From an uncultured beta proteobacterium (GTDB taxonomy: Bacteria; Pseudomonadota; Gammaproteobacteria; Burkholderiales; SG8-39): DNA of 64,000 bases. Numbering within the stretch: position 1 is the stretch's first letter; the number at the start of each line of letters is the position of its first letter. Below the pieces are notes generated by a model. The model had not been told where the DNA came from. It ran no database searches and saw nothing but the letters and a program-made list of their open reading frames with translations. The stretch is taken from the NCBI GenBank assembly GCA_963714925.1, contig CAVQQK010000018.1:60361-124360 (forward strand), written 5' to 3'. A program made the position numbers and the translations under genes. Positions 12,117-20,730 of this stretch are shown here, in pieces.

Positions 12117-12914
12117 ATGGCCACGCAGGAACGCATCTTTTGCCTCACGCCTGCCGGCGCACAGGCGCTCGCGAGCGGCGACGCCGCGGTGCCCTCGGAT
12201 TACCGGCGCCTGCTGCAGCTGGTCGAAGGCGACACGCATATTGACGTGGTGCGCGGTTGCCTGCGGCAATACCCGGACAAGCTGATCGAAGAGTGGCTCG
12301 ACGAATTGGTCGAAATCGGCTACCTCGATCACGCCGCGCCGAGCGATCCGCTCGACCTGGATTTCACGGCCTATTTCTCGAAGGGTCCCGCGCAGGCGAC
12401 CGGTGTGCTGGCCGAGGACGCCAGCAAGCTTGAACAGGATGCCAAGGCTGCGGGCTCGGTGCTGTCGCGCGCCGGCGCATTCTTCTCGGAAGCGCGCCTC
12501 AAGAACCGCTCGCCGTCGAACAAGACACCCGAGGAAACCGTGGTCCTTATCGTCGAGGACGATCCGGATCAGATGGCATTGGCAGATTTGCGTGTCTCGA
12601 TGGCCGGATATTCGGTACGCGTTGCACGCGACGCGGCCGAGCTTCTGGGGGCACTGAAGAAGGATCCGCAGCTCGACATCCTGCTACTCGATGTGATGCT
12701 GCCCGACGGCAATGGGTTCGACATACTCGCGAAGTTCAGACGCCATCCTAATTTCGCCCTGCTGCCGATCGTGATGCTGACCGCAAAGGACGCGGTAACC
12801 GACATCAAGAAAGGGCTTACGCTCGGCGCTGACGGTTATGTGACCAAGCCCTACAGCAAGAGCATCCTCACCGAAGCGGTACGCAAGGTGCTCAAGCAGC
12901 CAGCGCCCGCGTAA
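12117..12914 (+). CDS. Response-regulator receiver protein with an uncharacterised ~140-aa N-terminal domain (REC at the C-terminus)
   Basis: C-terminal REC: VVLIVEDDPDQ...LLLDVMLPDGNGFD...MLTAK...GADGYVTKP. The N-terminal part has no motif I recognise. Confidence 0.7.
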   Translation: MATQERIFCLTPAGAQALASGDAAVPSDYRRLLQLVEGDTHIDVVRGCLRQYPDKLIEEWLDELVEIGYLDHAAPSDPLDLDFTAYFSKGPAQATGVLAEDASKLEQDAKAAGSVLSRAGAFFSEARLKNRSPSNKTPEETVVLIVEDDPDQMALADLRVSMAGYSVRVARDAAELLGALKKDPQLDILLLDVMLPDGNGFDILAKFRRHPNFALLPIVMLTAKDAVTDIKKGLTLGADGYVTKPYSKSILTEAVRKVLKQPAPA

Positions 12915-12924
12915 ATCAATCCGT

Positions 12925-13001
<77 letters not shown>

Positions 13002-13017
13002 ATCAAACCAGTCAGCG

Positions 13018-13266
13018 ATGGGAAATTCGATCAGCCCCGATACGAGCCGCCAGCCCCAGCCGTTGGGGGTAGGTCTCTATCGGCGCTCCGCCGCAATATT
13101 CCTCGCCACGCTCGTGCTGTTCATGGTCGTGATGCCGTTTGCGCCGCAGCTCGCCGACCCGGGTCTACTTGAAGGCCCACTGATCGGCGTCACGCTGATC
13201 ACCGGGGTGAAAGGGGCGCTCGTCGCCGCGAGTCGTTCTCCAGTTTTGAATGATCCAACAATTTGA
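13018..13266 (+). CDS. Hypothetical small membrane protein or truncated gene fragment
   Basis: 82-aa ORF with one or two hydrophobic segments directly after the tRNA, running into an AT-richer tract. No family recognised. Confidence 0.2.
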   Translation: MGNSISPDTSRQPQPLGVGLYRRSAAIFLATLVLFMVVMPFAPQLADPGLLEGPLIGVTLITGVKGALVAASRSPVLNDPTI

Positions 13267-13333
13267 ATGGACCAATGATCCCTGGGCAGATCAGTGTAGA
13301 TTGTGTCCCGGCGGAACTCACGCTCCGATCGCA

Positions 13334-13861
13334 ATGAGCAAGATCCTTATCCTCTATTCGACCATCGATGGACACACCCTGAAGATCTGCAAGCGACTGC
13401 AGCAGGTCGTCGAGCAGGCCGAGCATCGGGTGACATTGGCCCCGATTGAGGACTGGCCCGACATCGATATCGAGCCTTTTGCCAAGATCGTGATCGGCGC
13501 GAGCATCCGCTACGGTAGGCATCGCCCTTGCGTAGCCGAGTTCATGCGCGCGAACCGCCGAATCGTCGAAAGCAAGCCGAACGCGTTCTTCTCGGTCAAC
13601 ATCGTGGCGCGCAAACCGAACAAGAACACGCCGCAGACAAACCCTTACGTCAGGAAATTTATCAGGCAAATCTCCTGGCGTCCGCGGCAGCTCGCCGTGT
13701 TCGCGGGGATGCTGGACTATCCCAGATACGGCTTTTGGGACCGCCAGATCATCCGCTTCATCATGCTGCTGACGAGGGGGCCGACCGATTCGAGCACCGT
13801 GGTCGAATTCACGGACTGGATGCAGGTCGAGGCATTCGGGCACCTGATCAGCGACATGTAG
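13334..13861 (+). CDS. hemG: Menaquinone-dependent protoporphyrinogen oxidase HemG (flavodoxin-like)
   Basis: MSKILILYSTIDGHT...VIGASIRYGRH...FFSVNIVARKPNKNTPQTNPYVRKF...YPRYGFWDR is collinear with E. coli HemG. Confidence 0.88.
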   Translation: MSKILILYSTIDGHTLKICKRLQQVVEQAEHRVTLAPIEDWPDIDIEPFAKIVIGASIRYGRHRPCVAEFMRANRRIVESKPNAFFSVNIVARKPNKNTPQTNPYVRKFIRQISWRPRQLAVFAGMLDYPRYGFWDRQIIRFIMLLTRGPTDSSTVVEFTDWMQVEAFGHLISDM

Positions 13862-13989
13862 CCGCGCGGCATTTCGCCCGGGAGTCCCGATCGATCCCGC
13901 GAATATTGGCCTGCTGCAGTGGGGTGCCCGGCCCAGTTTGATCTACGTCAATCTCCAATTTCGGAACACCATTAAACATGTTCTGAGTC

Positions 13990-14189
13990 GTAATTCCTGG
14001 CGAATTGACGTTGCACCGGGAAAAGAAGGCGGGCCCAGCGTACAAGGATCTCGCCGCAAAATACAAGGCAACTAGGATGCCGTGGGCATGCTGGTCGGCA
14101 AGATCAAGAGGGTCAAGGGACATCCGAAGATTGGCGCGACCAATGACGAATTGAAGGCGGCCGTCGGGCGCGGGTTGTCCACACAGTAA
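13990..14189 (+). pseudogene. Degraded class-I cytochrome c (c551/c8-type) relic
   Basis: One frame reads EKKAGPAYKDLAAKYK; the next reads GN*DAVGMLVGKIKR...NDELKAAVGRGLSTQ*. Collinear with the c551 GPAYKDVAAKY...IK core, but CXXCH is lost (ELTLH) and there is a frameshift and an in-frame TAG. Confidence 0.4.
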
Positions 14190-14244
14190 CGCGAGTCGAT
14201 GGGGGGAAAGCGGGCCGCAGCCGGCTTGTTGCCCGAGGTGAAGC

Positions 14245-14258
14245 TTGATTTGGATCAA
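14245..14258. promoter_or_regulatory. Perfect FNR/Anr-type box TTGAT-N4-ATCAA
   Basis: GCTTGATTTGGATCAAGC palindrome centred ~127 bp upstream of the 14379 start codon. Confidence 0.6.
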
Positions 14259-14378
14259 GCCTCCCCGGGGAGCGTCGACTGTGGCCTTGAGTGAAAGGGG
14301 GCGTGCGTTGCAGCCCATGGTTTTTCGCTCGTGTGCGGATGTATGCCGTGTTGACGCCGACCGAGGTAGGAGCCCGAC

Positions 14379-15370
14379 GTGCCCAAGCACATCGTCCGAT
14401 TGATCATTCTGATTGTCGGTGGCCTCGCCGCAGGGTTGACCGCGAAGTGGTATTTCACCACCGAGTCGTTTTACGAATACGGCCACTATCGCGCTGACTC
14501 GCTGCCGGAAATCGCCGCTCAGGCGCCGGCGTTCCAGACCGCCCGCTATTGCCAGAGCTGCCATGTCGAGCGGCATGCGCAGTGGTCGGCGAGCAACCAC
14601 AAGTCGGTGACCTGCGAGGTGTGTCACGGCGCGGCCCAGGGCCACCCGCAGAAAGGTAAGTTGCCGATTCCCGCCGATACGCGAAAACTGTGCTCGCTAT
14701 GCCATGAAAAGATGGCAGAACGACCCCGCACGCAACCCCAGATCGACTTGGCGCAGCACGGCGCGGGCCAGCAGTGCATCGTCTGCCACAACCCCCATTC
14801 GCCCAAGCTGGCGGGCGCCGCGGCCATGGTCGCTGGAGATGCCGCGGCGGGCGCGAGGAAGCACGCGGAAAGTTGCGCCAGCTGCCACGGCGAGAGCGGC
14901 GTCAGCCCGAACGATACCTGGCCGAATCTGGCTGGTCAGAACGCCGCCTATCTCGCCCGCATCCTCGCGGCGTACAAGTCGGGCGACCAGACCGACGTGA
15001 TGATGTCGCCTGTGGCGCAAACGCTGAGCGATGCCGACGTGCAGAACCTTGCCGGCTACTACGCGGGCTTGAGTTGCCCGGTGCCCACGCGCACTGCGAG
15101 TGGGGGCGCTGCCGCCGGCAAGCTACTGGCCAAGAACTGCGAGGCCTGCCACGGCGAGACCGGTATCGGGGCAATCCCGCCTGGCCCCATATTGCAGGGC
15201 AGAAGTCGACGTACCTCGCCAATACGCTCAAGGCGTTCCGCGCCGGACTGCGCAAGGATCCGATGATGGCAGGCGTGGTTCGGGGTCTGAGCGACGCGGA
15301 TATCGCAAACCTGGCCGCCTACTACGCAGCTCAAAGCTGCGGGCCAGCGTTGCCAGCAAAGGGGGGATGA
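14379..15370 (+). pseudogene. Membrane-anchored hexaheme cytochrome c (tetraheme NrfB/c3-like N-part fused to a diheme c4-like C-part), frameshifted in this assembly
   Basis: CQSCH, CEVCH, CSLCH, CIVCH, CASCH and CEACH. The frame switches 0 to 2 at G-run 15168-15171, and the second c4 half ([15 protein letters not shown]...AAYYAAQSC) continues in ORF 14774-15370. Confidence 0.7.
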
Positions 15371-16216
15371 TGAAACGCGAAGCGATCAGCGCATTGCGCG
15401 CAAGGCGTGTGTTTCTGCGCAAGGCCGGTCGCGCGGCCGCCGTTGCGGGCGCCGCCGTGGCCGCAGGGACGGTGGGCGTCGTGCAGAAGCTGGCCGCAAA
15501 GAGCGAAACCGCCCCGGGCGCGCCCGTTCCCAACAGCGGATTACGACTGGACCCAGCACCGCTGGGGGTTCGGTGTCGATGCGACCAAATGCATCGGCTG
15601 CCTGCGCTGCGTCGAGGCGTGCAAGCGGGAGAACGACGTCCCGGGCACCGCGCATCACTTCCGCACCTGGGTCGAGCGCTACGTCTATCTCGAGGGCGAG
15701 GACAAGCCGCGAATCGACAGCCAGCAGGACCCCGTGAACATCGAGGCATCTGGTTCGGAAAGCGAGTACCGCTTCGCGAACCGCTACCAGGACGCGAAGG
15801 TGGAGAAGGCCTTCTTCGTGCCCAAGCTGTGCAACCACTGCTCGCACCCGGCCTGCGTGCAAGTGTGTCCGGTCGGCGCTACCTACAAGACCGAGGACGG
15901 CGTGGTGCTCATCGACCACGACTATTGCATCGGATGCCGGTACTGCGTGCAGGCCTGCCCCTACGGCGCGCGTCTGTTCAACGAGGAAAAAGGCGTGTCC
16001 GACAAGTGCACCTGGTGCTATCACCGTATCACGAAGGGACTGCAGCCGGCGTGCGTCGAGGTCTGCCCGGTCGGCGCGCGCATTTTCGGCGACCTCAACG
16101 ACAGCCAAAGCCAGATCAGCCTGTTCATCCGGAACAATCGCGTGCAGGTGCTCAAGCCGGAGACCGGCAATGCGCCGAACGTCTTCTACGTCGGCATCGA
16201 CAAGGAGGTGGTCTGA
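15367..16216 (+). pseudogene. Tat-exported 4Fe-4S ferredoxin-type subunit (NrfC/PsrB/HybA-like), frameshifted in this assembly
   Basis: Tat signal [21 protein letters not shown] in frame 15367. The four-cluster body (CIGCLRC, CNHCSHPAC, CIGCRYC, CTWCYHR...CVEVCP) is in frame 15407-16216, with the switch near 15490-15540. Confidence 0.7.
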
Positions 16217-17382
16217 TGGAAGCGATCATTCACTACGCGCCGTACACGGGCTGGGTGTACCCGAACGAGACGGTGATCGAGTGGTCCGTAGCGATCGTCG
16301 TCTATCCCTATATCACCGGGCTGGTGGCGGGCGCGTTTACGGTATCGAGCCTGTACCAGGTGTTCGGCTTCGAGCGGCTGAAGCCGGTGGCCCACTTCGC
16401 TTTGCTGACTTCGCTGGGTTTCATGTTTTTCGTGCCGTTGCCGTTGCTGCTGCACCTCGGCCACCCGGAACGCGCGTTCAACGACCTGCTGACGCCGCAC
16501 CTGACTTCGGCGATGGCCGTGTTCGGCTATTTCGCGACCTTTTACATTGTCTTGCTGCTGAGGGACTGGTTCGCGTTTCGGCCTTACATCGTCGAGCAGG
16601 CGCAGAAACGGAACGGCTTGCGGGGCATGTTCTACCGCGTGCTGACGCTCGGTTCGTACGACGTGTCCGACAAGGCGATGAGCTATGACAGGAAGTGGAT
16701 CTTCGCGCTGGCGGTCGTCGGGATACCGGGCGCGCACGGCCTGCACGGCTATGTCGGGTTCATGTTCGGTTCGCTCAAGTCGCGCGAATGGTGGTCGTCG
16801 GATCTCATGCCGCTCGTGTTCCTTTTTTCTGCGATCATCTCCGGCGTGGCTGCGATCGTGATTGCTATGTTGCGAGCTGCAAGCTGCGTAGGGTGCCGAT
16901 GGACCTAGCGTGCCTCAAAGGCCTCGCGTATACGCTGTGGGGGTTCATCATGGTCGCTCTTGTCCTGGAGGCGCTTGAGTTCTCCAATATCATCTACAAG
17001 GCCGGGAGGGCGTGGACATGATCGTGCAATACGTCACCGGGCCGCTCCTCGTGCCTTACTTCGTCATGCAATTCGGCGTCGGCGCCGTCATGCCGTTACT
17101 GCTGCTCACTTATATCATCTGGCGCGGCACCAGCGGAAAGCTGTGATCGCGGGTACCACGATCAGCGCATGCCTGGTGTTACTCTCGGTATTCATGATGC
17201 GCTGGAACGTCGTTATCGGTGGGCAGGAGATTTCCAAGACGGGCCAGGGACTGTTGGAATATCAAGTCCAGTTGTTCGGCAAGGAGGGTCTGTTTGTTTC
17301 GCTGCTACTGGTTTTTGCACCGCTGCTCATGCTGTTGGGATTGACCCGGCTGTTTCCGCCGTGGGTGGACAAAGTGGCATGA
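16216..17382 (+). pseudogene. NrfD/PsrC-family polytopic membrane quinone-interacting subunit, three frameshifts in this assembly
   Basis: Start ATG overlaps the upstream stop (TGATG). The hydrophobic NrfD-like sequence continues through four frames, with switches at ~16865-16885, 17008-17010 (G-run) and 17147-17149 (A-run). Confidence 0.7.
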
Positions 17383-18613
17383 AGATTCTCCTGGCAGGCA
17401 TGCTTGCCGCTGCCGTGGCGATTTCAGGGGTCTCGCGCGGCGCTGCAGCGCAAACTGCAACCGTCAAGCCCGGCTCCGATGACGCGCTGAGGGCGGTATA
17501 CGCCACGCCGGTCGAAGTCGCGGAGGGCGGGCGCATTGCGGAAGCTTCGTGCGCGCGCTGCCATGGCGCCAACGGGATCAGTGCCACCAAGGGCGTGCCC
17601 CATCTCGCGGCGCAGCGCGCGGCGTATCTCGATCTCCAGCTGCGCGCCTACCGGCACGGCGACGCGTGCTCAAAGCGCCATGACCGGGATCGTGAGGTAC
17701 TTGAGCGATGACGCACTGGTGAGGGTCGCGGCCTACTACGCGAGCCTCGATCCGCCGCGGCCGGCGACGGCCCCGGCCAAGGCGACGCCGTCGAAGCTCG
17801 ACCCGGTACAGGCGGGCAAGGACGCGGCAGCCGGCTGCGGCGGCTGCCACGGCGAAACCGGCATCAGCAAGACGCCTGGCATGCCGAGTTTGGTCGGGCT
17901 CGACCCGGAATACTTCGTCGCGGCCGTGAACGCATACAAGACCGGCCAACGCAAGAACGACATGATGAAATCGCTCGTTGGGGCCCTAAACGAGGAGAGC
18001 GTGAACAACCTGGCGCTCTACTATGCGCTGCAAGAGCCCGCCAAGGCGCAGACGCCGGCCCCCGGCGACCAGGCGGCAGGCAAGGCGGCGGCTGCGTCCT
18101 GCGCCGCATGCCATGGCGACCACGGGGTCAGCGGCAACCCCGCCACGCCGAGCGTTGCCGGTCAGGACGCCGAGTACCTCGCTGCCGCGCTGCGCGCCTA
18201 CAAGGACGGGTCGCGCAAGGACGAATCGATGAAAGGGCCCGCGGCGGCGCTCGACGAACGCGCGCTGCGGAACATCGCGGCGTATTACGCGGCCCAGCAG
18301 CCGCAGCCGCTCAAGGTACGCAGGCCGCTCACCACCGCGGAGTGGACCGAGCGCTGTGACCGCTGTCACGGCCCCAAGGGGCAACAGCACCGACCCGCTG
18401 ATTCCGCGCCTTGCGGCGCAGCGCGTAGACTGGCTCGAGCAGGTCCTGCACGCCTATCGCACGGGTGCGCGCAAGAGCGCGGCGATGGCCGCCATGTCCG
18501 CGTTGATGAAGGAGGCGGATGTGCGGGACCTTGCTGCTTACTATGCGCGTCAAACGGCGCGCGCGGTCACCTACGTGGTGCTGCCGCCGGCGAACACGAG
18601 GCGCGACAAATGA
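17379..18613 (+). pseudogene. Periplasmic tetraheme cytochrome c built from four class-I (c4-half-like) domains, two frameshifts in this assembly
   Basis: Signal peptide MKILLAGMLAAAVAISG. Motifs CARCH, CGGCH, CAACH, CDRCH, each followed by an AAYYA-type motif. Frame switches at ~17661-17670 and 18372-18381. Start overlaps the nrfD-like stop (ATGA). Confidence 0.65.
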
Positions 18614-19413
18614 AAGAGGAACCGAAAGTGAGTGGCGCGCCGCTGCACCGGCTTTATCACCATTTTTCAGAGCTGCCCTACAGCATGCTGGTCATGTACA
18701 CGGCAACCTTGCTCATCCTCGGCACCGCCTACCTGTTCGCCGGAATTTACCTGTTTCACTCCTACTCCGGAAAAGACGGAAATCCGAAAACACTGTCTTA
18801 CGACGACATCGTCATCGCCTACAGCGGCAGCGGCGAGGGTTCGCGTCTCGAGTCGGCGCTGCGCGGATCGATGTCCGCCATGCTGCCGCGGGACGAGCTC
18901 AGTTCGCTCGTCTCATGGGTTCAGGAGGGCGGCGAACGCGCCAGGTACGAAAAGGAGATTAAGCTGCTGTTCGACAAGCGCTGCATGCTCTGCCACGACG
19001 GCAGCAACCCGCATCTGCCGAACCTGAACGGCTACGACAATGTGCAAAAAGTCACCGAGCGGGACACCGGTGCCGCACTGCCCACACTGGTGCGCGTCTC
19101 GCACATCCACTTTTTCGGGCTCACGTTCGTCTTTTTCATCGTGGGGACTATTTTTGGTCATGCCTACGTGCGACCGGTATGGTTCAAGTGCACCGTCATA
19201 GTACTTCCGTTCGTCGCGCTTACGCTGGATATCGGTTCCTGGTATTTCACCAAGATCTACCACCCGTTCGCCTGGGTGGTGATGATCGGCGGCGGCCTCA
19301 TGGGCCTGTCGTTCGCGTTCATGTGGGTGGTGTCCATGTACCAGATGTGGTTCTCGCGGACGCCCTCGGTCGTCACGCAAAGGCAGCGCGGCGAGAGCAC
19401 TGACGTTGGCTGA
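18610..19413 (+). CDS. Integral membrane protein with a single CXXCH motif (CMLCH); family not recognised
   Basis: 267-aa intact ORF, ATGA overlap with the upstream gene, about 4 hydrophobic helices, and a soluble loop carrying FDKRCMLCHDGSNPHLPNLNGY. Confidence 0.6.
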   Translation: MKEEPKVSGAPLHRLYHHFSELPYSMLVMYTATLLILGTAYLFAGIYLFHSYSGKDGNPKTLSYDDIVIAYSGSGEGSRLESALRGSMSAMLPRDELSSLVSWVQEGGERARYEKEIKLLFDKRCMLCHDGSNPHLPNLNGYDNVQKVTERDTGAALPTLVRVSHIHFFGLTFVFFIVGTIFGHAYVRPVWFKCTVIVLPFVALTLDIGSWYFTKIYHPFAWVVMIGGGLMGLSFAFMWVVSMYQMWFSRTPSVVTQRQRGESTDVG

Positions 19414-19633
19414 TCCATCGTGCTCGAGGATCCAATCAAACGTCATTCGCCGAGATCGTGTTGGCGGGCGCGGCTCAGGTGCAGGACAGGGATGATCTCG
19501 TCCTGCTGTTGAGGGCGTATCGCGATATTCGGCGCGAGCGCACCACGACGCACAGGCTGCGCTTGCCTTAGGGCGATACCCTCATCGAGCGCATCGCGTC
19601 CGACGACGGCCAGCCCGCGAAACAGGCGCCGGG

Positions 19634-20686
19634 TCAGTACACCTTGTGGTAGAAGCGCGTTTCGACGGGCAGGGGCATGTCCGCTGTCTGCACGCGTACC
19701 GTCACGACGTACTGCGTGTTGCGGCTCAATCTAACGTACTGCCCGTAGGCCGGAACGTTGTTCAGCGTGATGGGTTCGAGTATCTTCGAGACCCCCGTGC
19801 CATTGAGTTGCGCGACGCGCAGGCCGACCGTGGCGCCGGCGACCGGCGTCTTGCTGGCGCGGTCGAACAGCGAAACGTTGACGTGGTAATAGCTGCTCCC
19901 GCTTGGAACCCCGCCGTGCAGAGATCGTTCGGCGGAATTCTGCGGATAGGCACGCAAGACCTCCGCCGGCAGGAAGCCAAGATAGATCTCCATCCCGCCG
20001 ACCACCTTAAAATTACCCGCGCGCTTCGCCGGCGCCGCGGTGGTACTGGACGCCTCGCGCTTCGGCGCTGCCACAGGGTTGAACATGTAGACGATCGCGT
20101 TGCGAATTTCGGCATCGCTGAGGTCGGACCTGTCGCCGCGCGGCGGCATGCCCCCATGCCCGCGGATCGCTGAGCGGACGAGCTGGTCGAGTCCCTGGCT
20201 GAGCCGCGGCGTCCAAGCCTGGTGGTCGCCGATCCTGGGTGCGCCGCCGACGCCCTCCTGATGGCACTTGCTGCACTGCGCCTCGACGACCTGCTCGCCG
20301 GTGAGCTGGACGCGCAGGGATTTCGCGCTGCCGGGCTCAACCCAGTGGCCGCCCGACTGGTTGACCATGTAGGTGATCGCGCGTTGGATCTCCAGATCGG
20401 AGAGCTTTGCGTTGCCGCCGTGCGAAGGCATCTCGCGTATGCCCTTGAGCGCGTGCTCGGTGAGGCTGGTGAGCCCTTGCTCAGCGCGCTTGCTCCACGC
20501 GTTCCTGTCGCCGATTCTCGGCGCGCCCTTCGCGCCCGAGCCGTGGCAGGCGATGCATACCGACTCCACCACTTCCTTGCCACTGCGCACACCGTCGTCG
20601 GCCCGCGCCTCGAGGAACGCGAGCGCGGCGGCGATCACGAGAAGGCTGGCCAGCGCCAGGCGCGTCGGGATATTGATAGTCGACAT
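19634..20686 (-). CDS. Diheme cytochrome c (two c5-type domains) fused to a C-terminal beta-rich, possibly metal-binding, domain
   Basis: Signal anchor, then CIACHGSGAKGAPRIGD...MP and CSKCHQEGVGGAPRIGD...MPPRG (c5 pattern). The 130-aa tail is MEIYLGFLPAE...YYHVNVSLFD...YGQYVRL. Start placed at the Met at 20686. Confidence 0.75.
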   Translation of the reverse strand: MSTINIPTRLALASLLVIAAALAFLEARADDGVRSGKEVVESVCIACHGSGAKGAPRIGDRNAWSKRAEQGLTSLTEHALKGIREMPSHGGNAKLSDLEIQRAITYMVNQSGGHWVEPGSAKSLRVQLTGEQVVEAQCSKCHQEGVGGAPRIGDHQAWTPRLSQGLDQLVRSAIRGHGGMPPRGDRSDLSDAEIRNAIVYMFNPVAAPKREASSTTAAPAKRAGNFKVVGGMEIYLGFLPAEVLRAYPQNSAERSLHGGVPSGSSYYHVNVSLFDRASKTPVAGATVGLRVAQLNGTGVSKILEPITLNNVPAYGQYVRLSRNTQYVVTVRVQTADMPLPVETRFYHKVY

Positions 20687-20730
20687 CCTGTGATGATACC
20701 AATTTCTGGCGTGCAACAAAAAACGAACCG

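Noticed and set aside
13276-13293. Inverted repeat TGATC-N8-GATCA upstream of hemG as a possible operator.
   Set aside because: It consists only of 5-bp arms, does not fit the FNR spacing, and has no second occurrence in the window. The evidence is insufficient.
15100-16908. 602-aa ORF spanning the end of the hexaheme gene, the NrfC-like gene and most of the NrfD-like gene.
   Set aside because: It is a chimeric read-through typical of high GC. Only its segments 15367-~15530 (Tat signal) and 16216-~16875 (NrfD-like) are in the true frames. The middle is off-frame relative to the FeS protein.
19414-19633. 220-bp gap after the heme operon containing a short frame reading EIVLAGAAQVQDRDDLVLLLRAYRDIRRERTTTHRLRLP-stop, possibly a gene fragment.
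   Set aside because: It has no start, no recognisable family and no RBS. I cannot distinguish it from random GC-rich sequence without a database search.
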